From the sequence record NC_070966.1: 64,000 nucleotides of DNA. One strand, written 5' to 3'. Shown piece after piece: positions 34,201-42,364 of the stretch. A program made the position numbers and the translations under genes. The notes below the pieces were generated by a model. It saw nothing but the letters and a program-made list of their open reading frames with translations, was not told the DNA's origin and searched no databases. Position 1 is the first letter of the stretch; each line of letters opens with the position of its first letter.

Positions 34201-34642
34201 GACTCCGGTATTCGTTGCTCAAGGTCAGTATGTTGAAGCTGGTCAGACTCTCTCGTTTGGTTCTCCAGACGTAGTAGGTTTGTTCAAGGAGACAAAGGAT
34301 CTTGATCTCGCTTACAAGGTCTTTGAGAAGACTCTGATGGATATCTACAATAAGGAAGGTCTCCAGCCAGTACCAACTCATTCGGAGATGATCTTCAGAG
34401 CGATGTCTAATCTGGTATACACCGAGAGTGGTCCTTATGGTCTTCGATCCCATGGAGACAAGGGTAGCATTATGCTGAAGGGTATTACTCAGATTGGTGC
34501 GAATCATCCGTCCTGGTTGAAGTCAATCGGATTCGGATGGGTAGCTCAGACGATCAGAACTTCTGCTGTGAATCTTGCTACCACGTACGATCTTCCTACC
34601 GAACGTCTGATGTCTGGTGAATTGATTTACGAGGATAAATAA
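31259..34642 (+). CDS. rpoC: DNA-directed RNA polymerase beta' subunit (single polypeptide, phage-encoded)
   Basis: 'GLLCQKVFGP.RDYVCECGKY...CEKCGV', 'RMGHIDL', 'GNLLGKRTDYSGRSVI', NRAPTLHR, NADFDGD, 'TPKSGYLTRR', 'TQMTMRTFH'. Confidence 0.96.
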   Translation: MQLSLKPVSPESVLLTSQGEVKSYETLNFKTGLPVRDGLLCQKVFGPIRDYVCECGKYDGKKYQGHTCEKCGVTVASSRARTVRMGHIDLQVPILNPLMIESIESIIGLPSRKMEDFMKNKICLKFSASGTGNLVRKDGTRGIAYFVDPKESDPRSPTLQHTKSSLVLYELLTDLDIEETLKVNGSKILKTYVQKNFPLSNLFIRYLPVSPAGYRPVTRMRNYYSQHPKNDLYQKIIRRTLRVKELVNINADSMILQEEAGILYKSVDQLFTGGARDGDGNPLPGTIEKMMGKRGILRGNLLGKRTDYSGRSVITSAGDRVEVDQIGLPRKMAYILFRPFILRYLMTEYLDHYTEALKHYEKKTVIALKSLEMVAKDYPIIMNRAPTLHRYGVMSFRTKLVNGKAILVHPIVCSPFNADFDGDTVAIHLPLSAKSVQECKDYLMPQNNLLSSLDGDPIINMSHEMVIGLAIMSRIKDHDKGFGTFRRMDELEYLHTVTNPQTSRPTLEIYDRIKWKDERGVTETCYGRLLLEQTFKTKNLPKDFSKKTIRRMISDAYDKLGPDELIKVLDVATQLSFKYATNSGFSVSIDDCKVPSTKPAKIAKAREQEAENYRQFDNNEINLAERRENNIRLWNDVFEDLHHDWMKEAGEDNPVVLMYTTGARVSKSQVNQIGVAKGLVSNALNQIIEKPMVNSFREGLSTFEYFASCSGSRKSMADKKNLTPKSGYLTRRMITASRDFFINSDDCGTDKGIMRTMKSSYGRYRCDNGEMIGTNNSEELVKVRSPIHCESHGGICVKCYGIDPAKRKIVTKGSNVGAIAAHSLTESTTQMTMRTFHTSGAVVLKDSPMVITAQKDGKISWDTLHPVYSKIHVVADMEDWDTPLNDRLTYTVHNKMSRILVKDGQSVKKGDPLAIYVDEDLESDDVSGSLPKIESLYEGRVPPKAYKSVISKVAGKIGINIGDEGLKIFVDGEYQGTAHPKTPVFVAQGQYVEAGQTLSFGSPDVVGLFKETKDLDLAYKVFEKTLMDIYNKEGLQPVPTHSEMIFRAMSNLVYTESGPYGLRSHGDKGSIMLKGITQIGANHPSWLKSIGFGWVAQTIRTSAVNLATTYDLPTERLMSGELIYEDK

Positions 34643-34645
34643 AGG

Positions 34646-34843
34646 ATGCAAGACCTATCTCAACTATGTGAAGTTGAGATGGAGAAGTTAGTTGAAATAC
34701 TAATGAGATCGACTCACTTGACACTCGACGGTGTTGAGCTGAGTCGATCTCATGAATATCATAATAGCCCATCTGTCTCTACAATTAAAACTCATAAAGT
34801 CCTTGATGACTCATACATTACAGTTAGACTGAAATATGTATAA
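34646..34843 (+). CDS. hypothetical protein
   Basis: Short ORF tightly packed after rpoC. Confidence 0.55.
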   Translation: MQDLSQLCEVEMEKLVEILMRSTHLTLDGVELSRSHEYHNSPSVSTIKTHKVLDDSYITVRLKYV

Positions 34844-35549
34844 CTTGCAATACGATGATGGAATTCTTAAATCAAATAGGGAGTCTCTCGTAAACATACG
34901 AGCTCCATTCTTCAAACGGATTGATCGACGATCTCGCAAGTCGTCCATCGAGAGATTAATGATCTCACCTGATACAACAAGAAATTGTAGTCAGATTAAG
35001 AGATTTCTCGTTCCGTTCAACGATAAGTACTTGTACAGCATGCATGTGACTTATCGTGACGACTTAAAGTGTCAATCTATTTATGACACTAACAAGTCTC
35101 TCAAGCGAATCCTCCGATCTAAAATGTTAATGTCAGCTGTGAACAGGATAAATGAGTATCCTCAACTCAAAGCAGACATATTGTCTGTAATCAAGCTTGT
35201 AGTTAATTCTTGGGAGTTTGATGGTCTTATCACAGACATTGAATGGCTCCAGGATGAAAATCTACTGGATACTGTGATATCTAAGTGGAAACTGAAGAAG
35301 TACGAATCCTCTACAGAGCGAGGGTCAGTGATCAATCTCTTAATAAAGAGTTTTGATGGAGTTCCACTTAATCTTCTATCTCATCTAGAGATGAAGAAAA
35401 TCAGTATTGAGGATACTGACATTGAGGACGTTAAGTTTAAATGTCCTCTGATATTAATGCGATCGAATTCATCTTGTGCAGGATTCATATCTAAGTCCTT
35501 GGATAAAGGACTACCTGTGAGTCTGTTCAAGATTGATATAAAAGAGTAA
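34836..35549 (+). CDS. hypothetical protein
   Basis: Long ORF ending at a bidirectional terminator. Confidence 0.75.
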   Translation: MYNLQYDDGILKSNRESLVNIRAPFFKRIDRRSRKSSIERLMISPDTTRNCSQIKRFLVPFNDKYLYSMHVTYRDDLKCQSIYDTNKSLKRILRSKMLMSAVNRINEYPQLKADILSVIKLVVNSWEFDGLITDIEWLQDENLLDTVISKWKLKKYESSTERGSVINLLIKSFDGVPLNLLSHLEMKKISIEDTDIEDVKFKCPLILMRSNSSCAGFISKSLDKGLPVSLFKIDIKE

Positions 35550-35605
35550 AAATAAAGGCCACTAGGCGGACCCTTCTCGGAGGATTCACCTAGTGGCCTA
35601 TTTTT
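35550..35605. terminator. bidirectional intrinsic terminator at the strand switch
   Basis: AGGCCACTAGG...CCTAGTGGCCT with an A-run before and a T-run after, between convergent genes. Confidence 0.8.
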
Positions 35606-35610
35606 GTGTC

Positions 35611-35865
35611 TTATGGAAGAAGTGGTACGAAACTCTTCAGCTTATTGTACACATCATCCTGCTTACCCATTTCAGTCGAATACTTATCAAGAATCGTCTG
35701 ATTATCTGGGAATTCATTACCTTGATTAGCTACCCAGTCGACATAATCATGCCAATCCTGGTCATCGTGAAGATCACGATGCTGCTTAATCAGATTTGCA
35801 TATTCAGCATCTGTGAATTCATGCAATGATGAAAGCTTCTCAAGAATGTCTTTAGCTCTACTCAT
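35611..35865 (-). CDS. hypothetical protein, MSRA tag family (second Met chosen)
   Basis: MSRAKDILEKLSSLHE. Confidence 0.7.
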   Translation of the reverse strand: MSRAKDILEKLSSLHEFTDAEYANLIKQHRDLHDDQDWHDYVDWVANQGNEFPDNQTILDKYSTEMGKQDDVYNKLKSFVPLLP

Positions 35866-35876
35866 ATTAATCTCCG

Positions 35877-36332
35877 TCAAGCTACTACAGCGAGTTCATT
35901 ACTTGGTACTTCATGAACGTCACCATCGACTTCGATCATGCAGATTTCACCGTTCACTTTAAGAACAGTGCCTGTACCGTGAACTGATTCAACAGTGTTA
36001 TTAAGAAGGATCTCACGACCATTCTTATCTTCGCATTCGATGAATGCTCTCTGACCATTGTCAGGAGTGTAATCAGGAGCTTTACCTGTTACGCCATCTG
36101 CATTCACATTGTTCCAGTGACCGTATGCGTCAAAGTATAGTACGTCGAGATCCGAACTATCTTGGAACTTGTCACGTTCAGCCATAGCATCCTTGAAAGG
36201 CATTGCTAGAGGACCTAGGATAACTTTATTGTTGGTACGATTAACAATGTACGTACCAATGCGTTTACTGGTATCTTCGTCGATACCTGTGATCTTTGAC
36301 AGATCACTAATCAGACCTGATGCTCTGCTCAT
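35877..36332 (-). CDS. hypothetical protein, MSRA tag family
   Basis: MSRASGLISDLSKI. Confidence 0.75.
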   Translation of the reverse strand: MSRASGLISDLSKITGIDEDTSKRIGTYIVNRTNNKVILGPLAMPFKDAMAERDKFQDSSDLDVLYFDAYGHWNNVNADGVTGKAPDYTPDNGQRAFIECEDKNGREILLNNTVESVHGTGTVLKVNGEICMIEVDGDVHEVPSNELAVVA

Positions 36333-36360
36333 ATTAAATATCCTTGTTAGCGTTTATGAC

Positions 36361-36660
36361 TTAGAGACCAGCAGCCTTGCGCTTTCTCATAGTCATTTGA
36401 CGCTTACGAGAGATAGCAGCTTGCTGTCCTCTCTTCTTACGAGCACCCATCTTCGCAGCCTTACGCTTAGCGATGATCTCACCGGCACTCATCTTGACGC
36501 AAGTCTTACCATCAATCTTGTAACCTGGAGGGCAATCAAGAATAACACTCTTGGCTCCACCTCTGAATGTTACTTTCTTCTTAGGAGCAGCTTCACTAGC
36601 TGGAATAGAAGACTCATAGTAAGCATCAATTTTAGTGATCAAATCTGCAGATTTAGACAT
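36361..36660 (-). CDS. putative prohead core protein (T4 gp68-like)
   Basis: Highly basic C-terminus 'KRKAAKMGARKKR...RKRQMTMRKRKAAGL' resembling T4-type gp68; N-terminus MSKSADLITKIDAYYE. Confidence 0.6.
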   Translation of the reverse strand: MSKSADLITKIDAYYESSIPASEAAPKKKVTFRGGAKSVILDCPPGYKIDGKTCVKMSAGEIIAKRKAAKMGARKKRGQQAAISRKRQMTMRKRKAAGL

Positions 36661-36728
36661 AATGTACATCCATTTTAGTTTATTTAATGAGGATTATCAC
36701 TTTACACAATTATAAAGTGTGCACAAAG

Positions 36729-36759
36729 AGGAAGGCTTATGTCGCCTTCCTTCGCTGAA
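36729..36759 (-). promoter_or_regulatory. conserved intergenic motif, copy 6 (minus strand)
   Basis: Reverse complement TTCAGCGAAG gaaggcgacat AAGCCTTCCT, co-oriented with the minus-strand genes. Confidence 0.6.
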
Positions 36760-36772
36760 TCCTTAGCTTTAT

Positions 36773-38617
36773 TTACGTTATTAACTTATTCTTCTCACTA
36801 GCAGGTATCCCATTAGCGATTCGATCCATCATTATAGGATACGGATGAACACCATCTTGTGTAACACTAGGTCGTACAATAGATCCTACAGGTAAAATTG
36901 CAGCACGTGGAATTGAGAGTATAAGAGTATTTCCACTAACACTTAGAATAGTAGTCGTAGATAGTCTAGCAATTCCATCAGGCGCTGCATAAGTATTGAT
37001 TTCTTGTTCTCCTCTAAACAAGTTAGCATTAGCAACTTGAATAGATGAATAAGTTTCTACTCCATCAGTACCAGCTTGGACAGTGACAGTTGTGCTAGGT
37101 AGTTCTAACGTACCTGGCCATGCACCACCCTTTACACTTGATACCCATGCGTAATAAGTATCAATAGAATCATCGCAACATGATGATGTCTTTGCTAAGA
37201 TATCATTTCTCAGGCGCCATTTACCACTATTGTCTGTTCCATCAGCAGGCCATGAATTCTGAGATGAGTATGTCTGGAATTCTGCCTGAAGATATAGATT
37301 ACTAGCAGTGATCGACCCTGTAGCAGGAGTCGTAGCAGACCCTGCAAAGTTATAAGTGAAACTATTTGGACCTGTGACTGTTATAATCACATTACCATTG
37401 TACTCAGTTTGAGTAGCTCCACCAATCGTAACTGTTTGACCTGTTACAAGTCCGTTAGTACCAGAAGCGATAGCCGCAGTTACAACAGTTCCTACAGATG
37501 TCAATGTGACAGTACGTGTAGTCACTGTACGACCGAGAGGGGTCGTCGCAACGATCTTAACACCTGGATAACGTGCACGTAGTCTGGTAACCAAGCTGCG
37601 GTAATTGGTATTGAAGAATGTCGTATAAACTGTACTAGTATCATTCTGACCCATCTGATTCAAGATAACAGTAAAAGGTTTCTTATTGTTATTGAATGCA
37701 GTGATTTCATCAAGAATTGCCCATCGACGAGTAGCAATCGTACTACCACTACCTGTAAGTTCGAGTACAGAGTGTGATCCTGGCATACCAATCATAAAGT
37801 GAGGAAGACGTCCAATACCGTCTGCTTTATCTAGCCATCTACGTAACCATCCTAAGTTACCTCGAGCATCAGCACCTGCACTATATTCTTGACGAGCTTC
37901 ACCGATACTATCAACGACTGCTAGTACTACAGGTCGACCATCCCAGTCACCTTTAGCAACCATAAAATCAGGACCGTAGTATGCTGGTTGAGTTACTAGA
38001 ATGTAATTTATATCGAGTGATGCAGTGCAGTCTGCAAGTGGTGTATCTTTATAAGCTAGAAGTGTATTGAGATCACTAGCGCCCCATATTCTTTCACCAC
38101 GATGTTTCTGAATACGATATACTGGCCAGACTTTCTCACCTACTGCAGTATGATAGAAAGTCCAAATTTCCATCTCACTTTCAGGAGCAACATCGCGTAG
38201 AACTAATTCATCCGTCCATGCACCATTACTCTGGTCAGCAATTGTTATAGTATCTAGACCTGAGAACTTGCACTGATAGAATACGCCAGCAACTTTGATA
38301 AACAAAGCATCGACTACTACAGAGTTACCAGGAGTACCAATTGTACCAGTTACAACTGTTTCTTGAGGTGAATTTCCACCTTCTGTTGCAGCGAATCCAG
38401 ATAGATGGAATTTGAATGAACGTGTTGCATATGAAGGAGTATTTACAATAATCTTACTGCAAAGATAGTTCGTGCCAGATGCTGCTGTAACTAAGTTACC
38501 AGATGGTACACGATTTCTAGTTGCAAAGAACATATAGCGACTAGGATCAACTGGACGAGCTCTTCGTCCATTAAATGCAGTATTAACAATTTTTAATGAT
38601 TTTTTGGATATAGCCAT
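36773..38617 (-). CDS. virion appendage protein with an SGNH-hydrolase-like domain
   Basis: 'VLAVVDSIGE', 'NQMGQND', 'DGVHP'; inserted beta-repeat 'GLVTGQTVTIGGATQTEYNG'; MAISK N-terminus. Confidence 0.7.
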   Translation of the reverse strand: MAISKKSLKIVNTAFNGRRARPVDPSRYMFFATRNRVPSGNLVTAASGTNYLCSKIIVNTPSYATRSFKFHLSGFAATEGGNSPQETVVTGTIGTPGNSVVVDALFIKVAGVFYQCKFSGLDTITIADQSNGAWTDELVLRDVAPESEMEIWTFYHTAVGEKVWPVYRIQKHRGERIWGASDLNTLLAYKDTPLADCTASLDINYILVTQPAYYGPDFMVAKGDWDGRPVVLAVVDSIGEARQEYSAGADARGNLGWLRRWLDKADGIGRLPHFMIGMPGSHSVLELTGSGSTIATRRWAILDEITAFNNNKKPFTVILNQMGQNDTSTVYTTFFNTNYRSLVTRLRARYPGVKIVATTPLGRTVTTRTVTLTSVGTVVTAAIASGTNGLVTGQTVTIGGATQTEYNGNVIITVTGPNSFTYNFAGSATTPATGSITASNLYLQAEFQTYSSQNSWPADGTDNSGKWRLRNDILAKTSSCCDDSIDTYYAWVSSVKGGAWPGTLELPSTTVTVQAGTDGVETYSSIQVANANLFRGEQEINTYAAPDGIARLSTTTILSVSGNTLILSIPRAAILPVGSIVRPSVTQDGVHPYPIMMDRIANGIPASEKNKLIT

Positions 38618-38648
38618 AACATCAACTCTCAGATTTATCCATGATTAC

Positions 38649-39926
38649 TTATAGAGGAGCAAGTCTCACGTAGTTAGGTGGGACCCAATAAGGATCTAGC
38701 ATAGGAGCCATAGCTGCAGCGAAGTATGGTGCCATGTTAGCATGATCTGTTTGCCCAGGGTGAATTGTATCTGACGGATACGAATTAGGATCTCCCTGAT
38801 ATGGTCTCATATCGATCGCAACATCACAATATCCATCAGCTCCTGATAGAATCCAATTGTTGTAATCATTCTTTACAGTATTCTGAGCACCTGTGAACGT
38901 TCCACGATTCAAGCAGCAGACTGCTACCATAAGTAGCGGGAGTCCATAAGGTCCGATTGTATTCTTAACTGCAGTAGCAATTGAGATGAAGTCAGCTTTG
39001 ATCGCTGCTAATGTTCTATTTGCTGCAATATCGTTAGTAATACATTGTAGAATTACACAAGTTAGCAGGTCAAGATTGACCCATTGAAGAGGAGCGAGTG
39101 CAGGAGTCTGAAGTTGCATTTTATTAGCATCAACAGCAGCAAACTGCCATACAAACGTCTCTCCATTAATATTATTTAATCCACGTTTGATGTAACCACC
39201 AGTCGTTCCTGTATTGGTATCATTGAGATACTGAGCAATACTGTCACCGATGACTCTACAAGCAGCCATAGGAACATCAGGAATTCCTGTAATCATCCAT
39301 GGCCATACAGCGTTACCTCCACCAGATCCAGATGCATTCATAGCACCTACGCTATTAACCTGAGCACCACCTACTGTACGAAATCCTTGTGATGATGGGC
39401 CAACCATGTTGACACCATTAATATTGTCAAGCGCTGGATCGAATACTCCAGTCGTAGCATTCTTTACAGTTCTAGTACCTCTGGTGAAGATCTGACTATT
39501 AGCAAGAGCAAATGCTCCAACAATATTGTCAGTTTCAATCAATCCACCACTGACTAGATCTTTAGATATCGCACCACTATAGGTTGCAGGATACGTAGTT
39601 GATCCAATTTCAATTGCACGCCTCCAGATACTTGTAGCAGCAGGAGATGCAACTTCTGCTCCAGATCCAGGTGTCAGTCTTGCTTGTATATCCTGAATTC
39701 TAAGATCTTTAATATTAGCTCGCCCGATTTTATGAGCATTTCTAACTTGGTTAGCAGTATACGATCCACCTGAAGCCATTAATGATGGAGCTAGGTTAGG
39801 AGTTGCGCACCAACTAGCTACAAGTTGTCTTTTAGTAGGTGTAGGTCGAACTAAAGGTCGATTATTGTTGCGAGGATTTATTAAGATTAATTTTGACTTC
39901 AATAATCTGGTTTTAGAGATTGCCAT
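38649..39926 (-). CDS. virion appendage protein with an SGNH/GDSL esterase domain
   Basis: 'VIGDSIA', 'CITND', 'DTIHP'; MAISK N-terminus. Confidence 0.75.
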   Translation of the reverse strand: MAISKTRLLKSKLILINPRNNNRPLVRPTPTKRQLVASWCATPNLAPSLMASGGSYTANQVRNAHKIGRANIKDLRIQDIQARLTPGSGAEVASPAATSIWRRAIEIGSTTYPATYSGAISKDLVSGGLIETDNIVGAFALANSQIFTRGTRTVKNATTGVFDPALDNINGVNMVGPSSQGFRTVGGAQVNSVGAMNASGSGGGNAVWPWMITGIPDVPMAACRVIGDSIAQYLNDTNTGTTGGYIKRGLNNINGETFVWQFAAVDANKMQLQTPALAPLQWVNLDLLTCVILQCITNDIAANRTLAAIKADFISIATAVKNTIGPYGLPLLMVAVCCLNRGTFTGAQNTVKNDYNNWILSGADGYCDVAIDMRPYQGDPNSYPSDTIHPGQTDHANMAPYFAAAMAPMLDPYWVPPNYVRLAPL

Positions 39927-39997
39927 AATGCTATCCTTAATGAGATATAAATGTTAGTAGGTGAAATTTTCCACCTACTAACAGATTTGAGAGTCTA

Positions 39998-42358
39998 TTA
40001 ACTCTGTATGTATCTCCAGCAATATCCGTCATCATAACGAGCAGGTACAGCTACTGTTGCTCCATTTGAGAGCGTATAAACTACAGCACATGATACAGTT
40101 GGTGTGTTACGATATGTTGGCATATTCGGATTAACAACTTGTCCAGCAGGAATAATGAACGTCAATCCTGTTTCATTAAGGACTTTCTGGTCATTAATTA
40201 GCCATTGAACAACAGATGTTGCTCCAGCAATTTCAGGAACAGTCACTGTCAGAGTAGATCCTGCAGTCATCGTACCAGAGATTGTAGGTTTAACTACAGG
40301 ATCAGTAGTCGTTACTGAATTAACGAAATTAGGACCCTTCGTGAATGCAGGGTAGTCTGGTGTGACGAATGTACCACTAGCGTTTGTATAACCGGTAGCT
40401 GCTCCACCACTTCCTGAGAATCCATTATTGTTATTCTGTTCAGCGATATTGTCTGTAACGAACCCTGTTGCAGGACGGTCTTGCTTGAAGAATGCTTTAT
40501 TCTTACGCGTATGGTTATAAAGGATTTCATAGTCCATACGCTGCCATCCACCGTCTGGGTCATCATATCCAGATAGTGCCATAGCAAACCAGTTACCTTC
40601 GATACGATTGAAAATCCATCGTTGATCACGAGTATGAATGATTGCACCAGTACCGATACCGAATGAGTTATCATTCAATATAGCACCACGAAGATAGTTA
40701 TCACGTACGGTAACGAGACTTGATAGTGATGACAAGCAGAAGTAGTTACCTTCACAGTCGTTACGTTCGAATAGAACTCTACTTGCACCTTCAATAACGC
40801 AGTTACCTTTAAGAGCATTCGAAAGTACTGAGTGTCTGAAGATATTGTCTGAGACTTCTACGTCAGCAGGTTCCATACCAGACTTGCGTTCGGAGGTGAT
40901 CTGAAGATTATCTGCTCCAGTACCTGTAGGAATACCAAACTTACACCAACGAACTCGACCTTGTCTCCATTTACGGAGATACATTCCGTCACCGTCAATA
41001 CCATCAACAAGTGTACAATGATAGATATTACTATTAACGAATCCATGTAAGTAGATACCGTTACCGTACTGACTATTCTTCTCAATCTGGAGTCGCAAGA
41101 ATGTACTTCCTGTACCATCCGTAAGACTGATCGCTCGTTGTGTGCCAGTAATCTTCAGATCTTTAAGAATAACGTTAGTTAATGTACCAGATACTGATGC
41201 ACCAATTGCAAATCCACTTGGAACTGTGGTTATAAAGTGAGGAGGTGGTTGTGAAGGGTCACCATAAGCTTGAATTGTTGTATAATTGCGAAGTGCGTGA
41301 CCTGTTGTAGTCGTAGGAGTATCGTAAACAGTACCACGCTTATACATCGTGATATATGTACTGAAAACGTCTGCTCCTCGAATACCATTAGCCTTACCAA
41401 AGGTCTTGAATGGAGTAGCAGGAGTCTTACCATTGTTAAGACTATCGTCACCATTGACACTATCAACGAAGTAGGTTCTTGTTAGTCCAGCAGTCGGTAC
41501 AAGAGTAATAGGAACAATTGTGCTCTGACTTCCAGCAATATTAGATGCTGTGATCGTTACATAATAAGTTCCTGCAGCTTTTGCTGAATTGACAAGAGTG
41601 ATCATACCTGTACTTGCATCAATAGCAAAATCAACATCATCAATTGAATAAGTGACTGCAGGTTTAGGTGAATTCAATGCAAGGACACGTCCTACACTCG
41701 TACCAGATGCAGCACCTTGAGTTATATACATATAACCTAGGTATCCATACTTACCATTCTTCTCACTATCAACCCATGTCGTATAAGAAGGAGGCATCTG
41801 AGGAGCTTCATTAGGCTTATCTGTAGTAACACTAATCGTATTACTGATGATTTCGATGAATCCACTAGCTACCGTACCAGCAGTTACACGGAATTGATAA
41901 GTACCATCTTCTAACACGTCTTGGAATACGTGAGTAGAATTACCAGAAATATCTGACAATTCTGAACCGTCAACGATCCATTCTGTATTACCGAAAACTC
42001 TATATTCATAAACTATGATTCTATCATTGACAGGAGCGCCATTCTCTAGATATAGATTAGAACTAAGAGTAGGGTGGATAGTATTTTGCGGACTAGTACC
42101 TGTAATTTTTAGACGTGCCAAGGAGATCTCCATATCTGTAACTTTAGGAATATTGATTTTGTCGTATTCACGAGCTTTAATCTCAACACTTCCTGGTGGT
42201 AAATTTGAGAACGATACAGACCAGTCCCCATTCTCGTCTGCTACGATAGAATAAGTATTTGATCCTATCGTACCCTTAACGCGCTTCCCAGGAGTAGCTT
42301 TACCATGGACTGTTGCAGTATTACCTGAAGCATTTTTAGATGTAATTGATATAGCCAT
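39998..42358 (-). CDS. tailspike/depolymerase-like protein (Ig/cadherin-like repeats plus right-handed beta-helix)
   Basis: 'YFVDSVNGDDSLNNGKTPATPFKT', parallel beta-helix-like repeats, Ig-like ends. Confidence 0.7.
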   Translation of the reverse strand: MAISITSKNASGNTATVHGKATPGKRVKGTIGSNTYSIVADENGDWSVSFSNLPPGSVEIKAREYDKINIPKVTDMEISLARLKITGTSPQNTIHPTLSSNLYLENGAPVNDRIIVYEYRVFGNTEWIVDGSELSDISGNSTHVFQDVLEDGTYQFRVTAGTVASGFIEIISNTISVTTDKPNEAPQMPPSYTTWVDSEKNGKYGYLGYMYITQGAASGTSVGRVLALNSPKPAVTYSIDDVDFAIDASTGMITLVNSAKAAGTYYVTITASNIAGSQSTIVPITLVPTAGLTRTYFVDSVNGDDSLNNGKTPATPFKTFGKANGIRGADVFSTYITMYKRGTVYDTPTTTTGHALRNYTTIQAYGDPSQPPPHFITTVPSGFAIGASVSGTLTNVILKDLKITGTQRAISLTDGTGSTFLRLQIEKNSQYGNGIYLHGFVNSNIYHCTLVDGIDGDGMYLRKWRQGRVRWCKFGIPTGTGADNLQITSERKSGMEPADVEVSDNIFRHSVLSNALKGNCVIEGASRVLFERNDCEGNYFCLSSLSSLVTVRDNYLRGAILNDNSFGIGTGAIIHTRDQRWIFNRIEGNWFAMALSGYDDPDGGWQRMDYEILYNHTRKNKAFFKQDRPATGFVTDNIAEQNNNNGFSGSGGAATGYTNASGTFVTPDYPAFTKGPNFVNSVTTTDPVVKPTISGTMTAGSTLTVTVPEIAGATSVVQWLINDQKVLNETGLTFIIPAGQVVNPNMPTYRNTPTVSCAVVYTLSNGATVAVPARYDDGYCWRYIQS

Positions 42359-42364
42359 CTTATG

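Noticed and set aside
25854-34642. Inteins in the DNA polymerase or beta'
   Set aside because: No C/S...HN-C/S/T junctions or LAGLIDADG blocks were seen in the insert regions.
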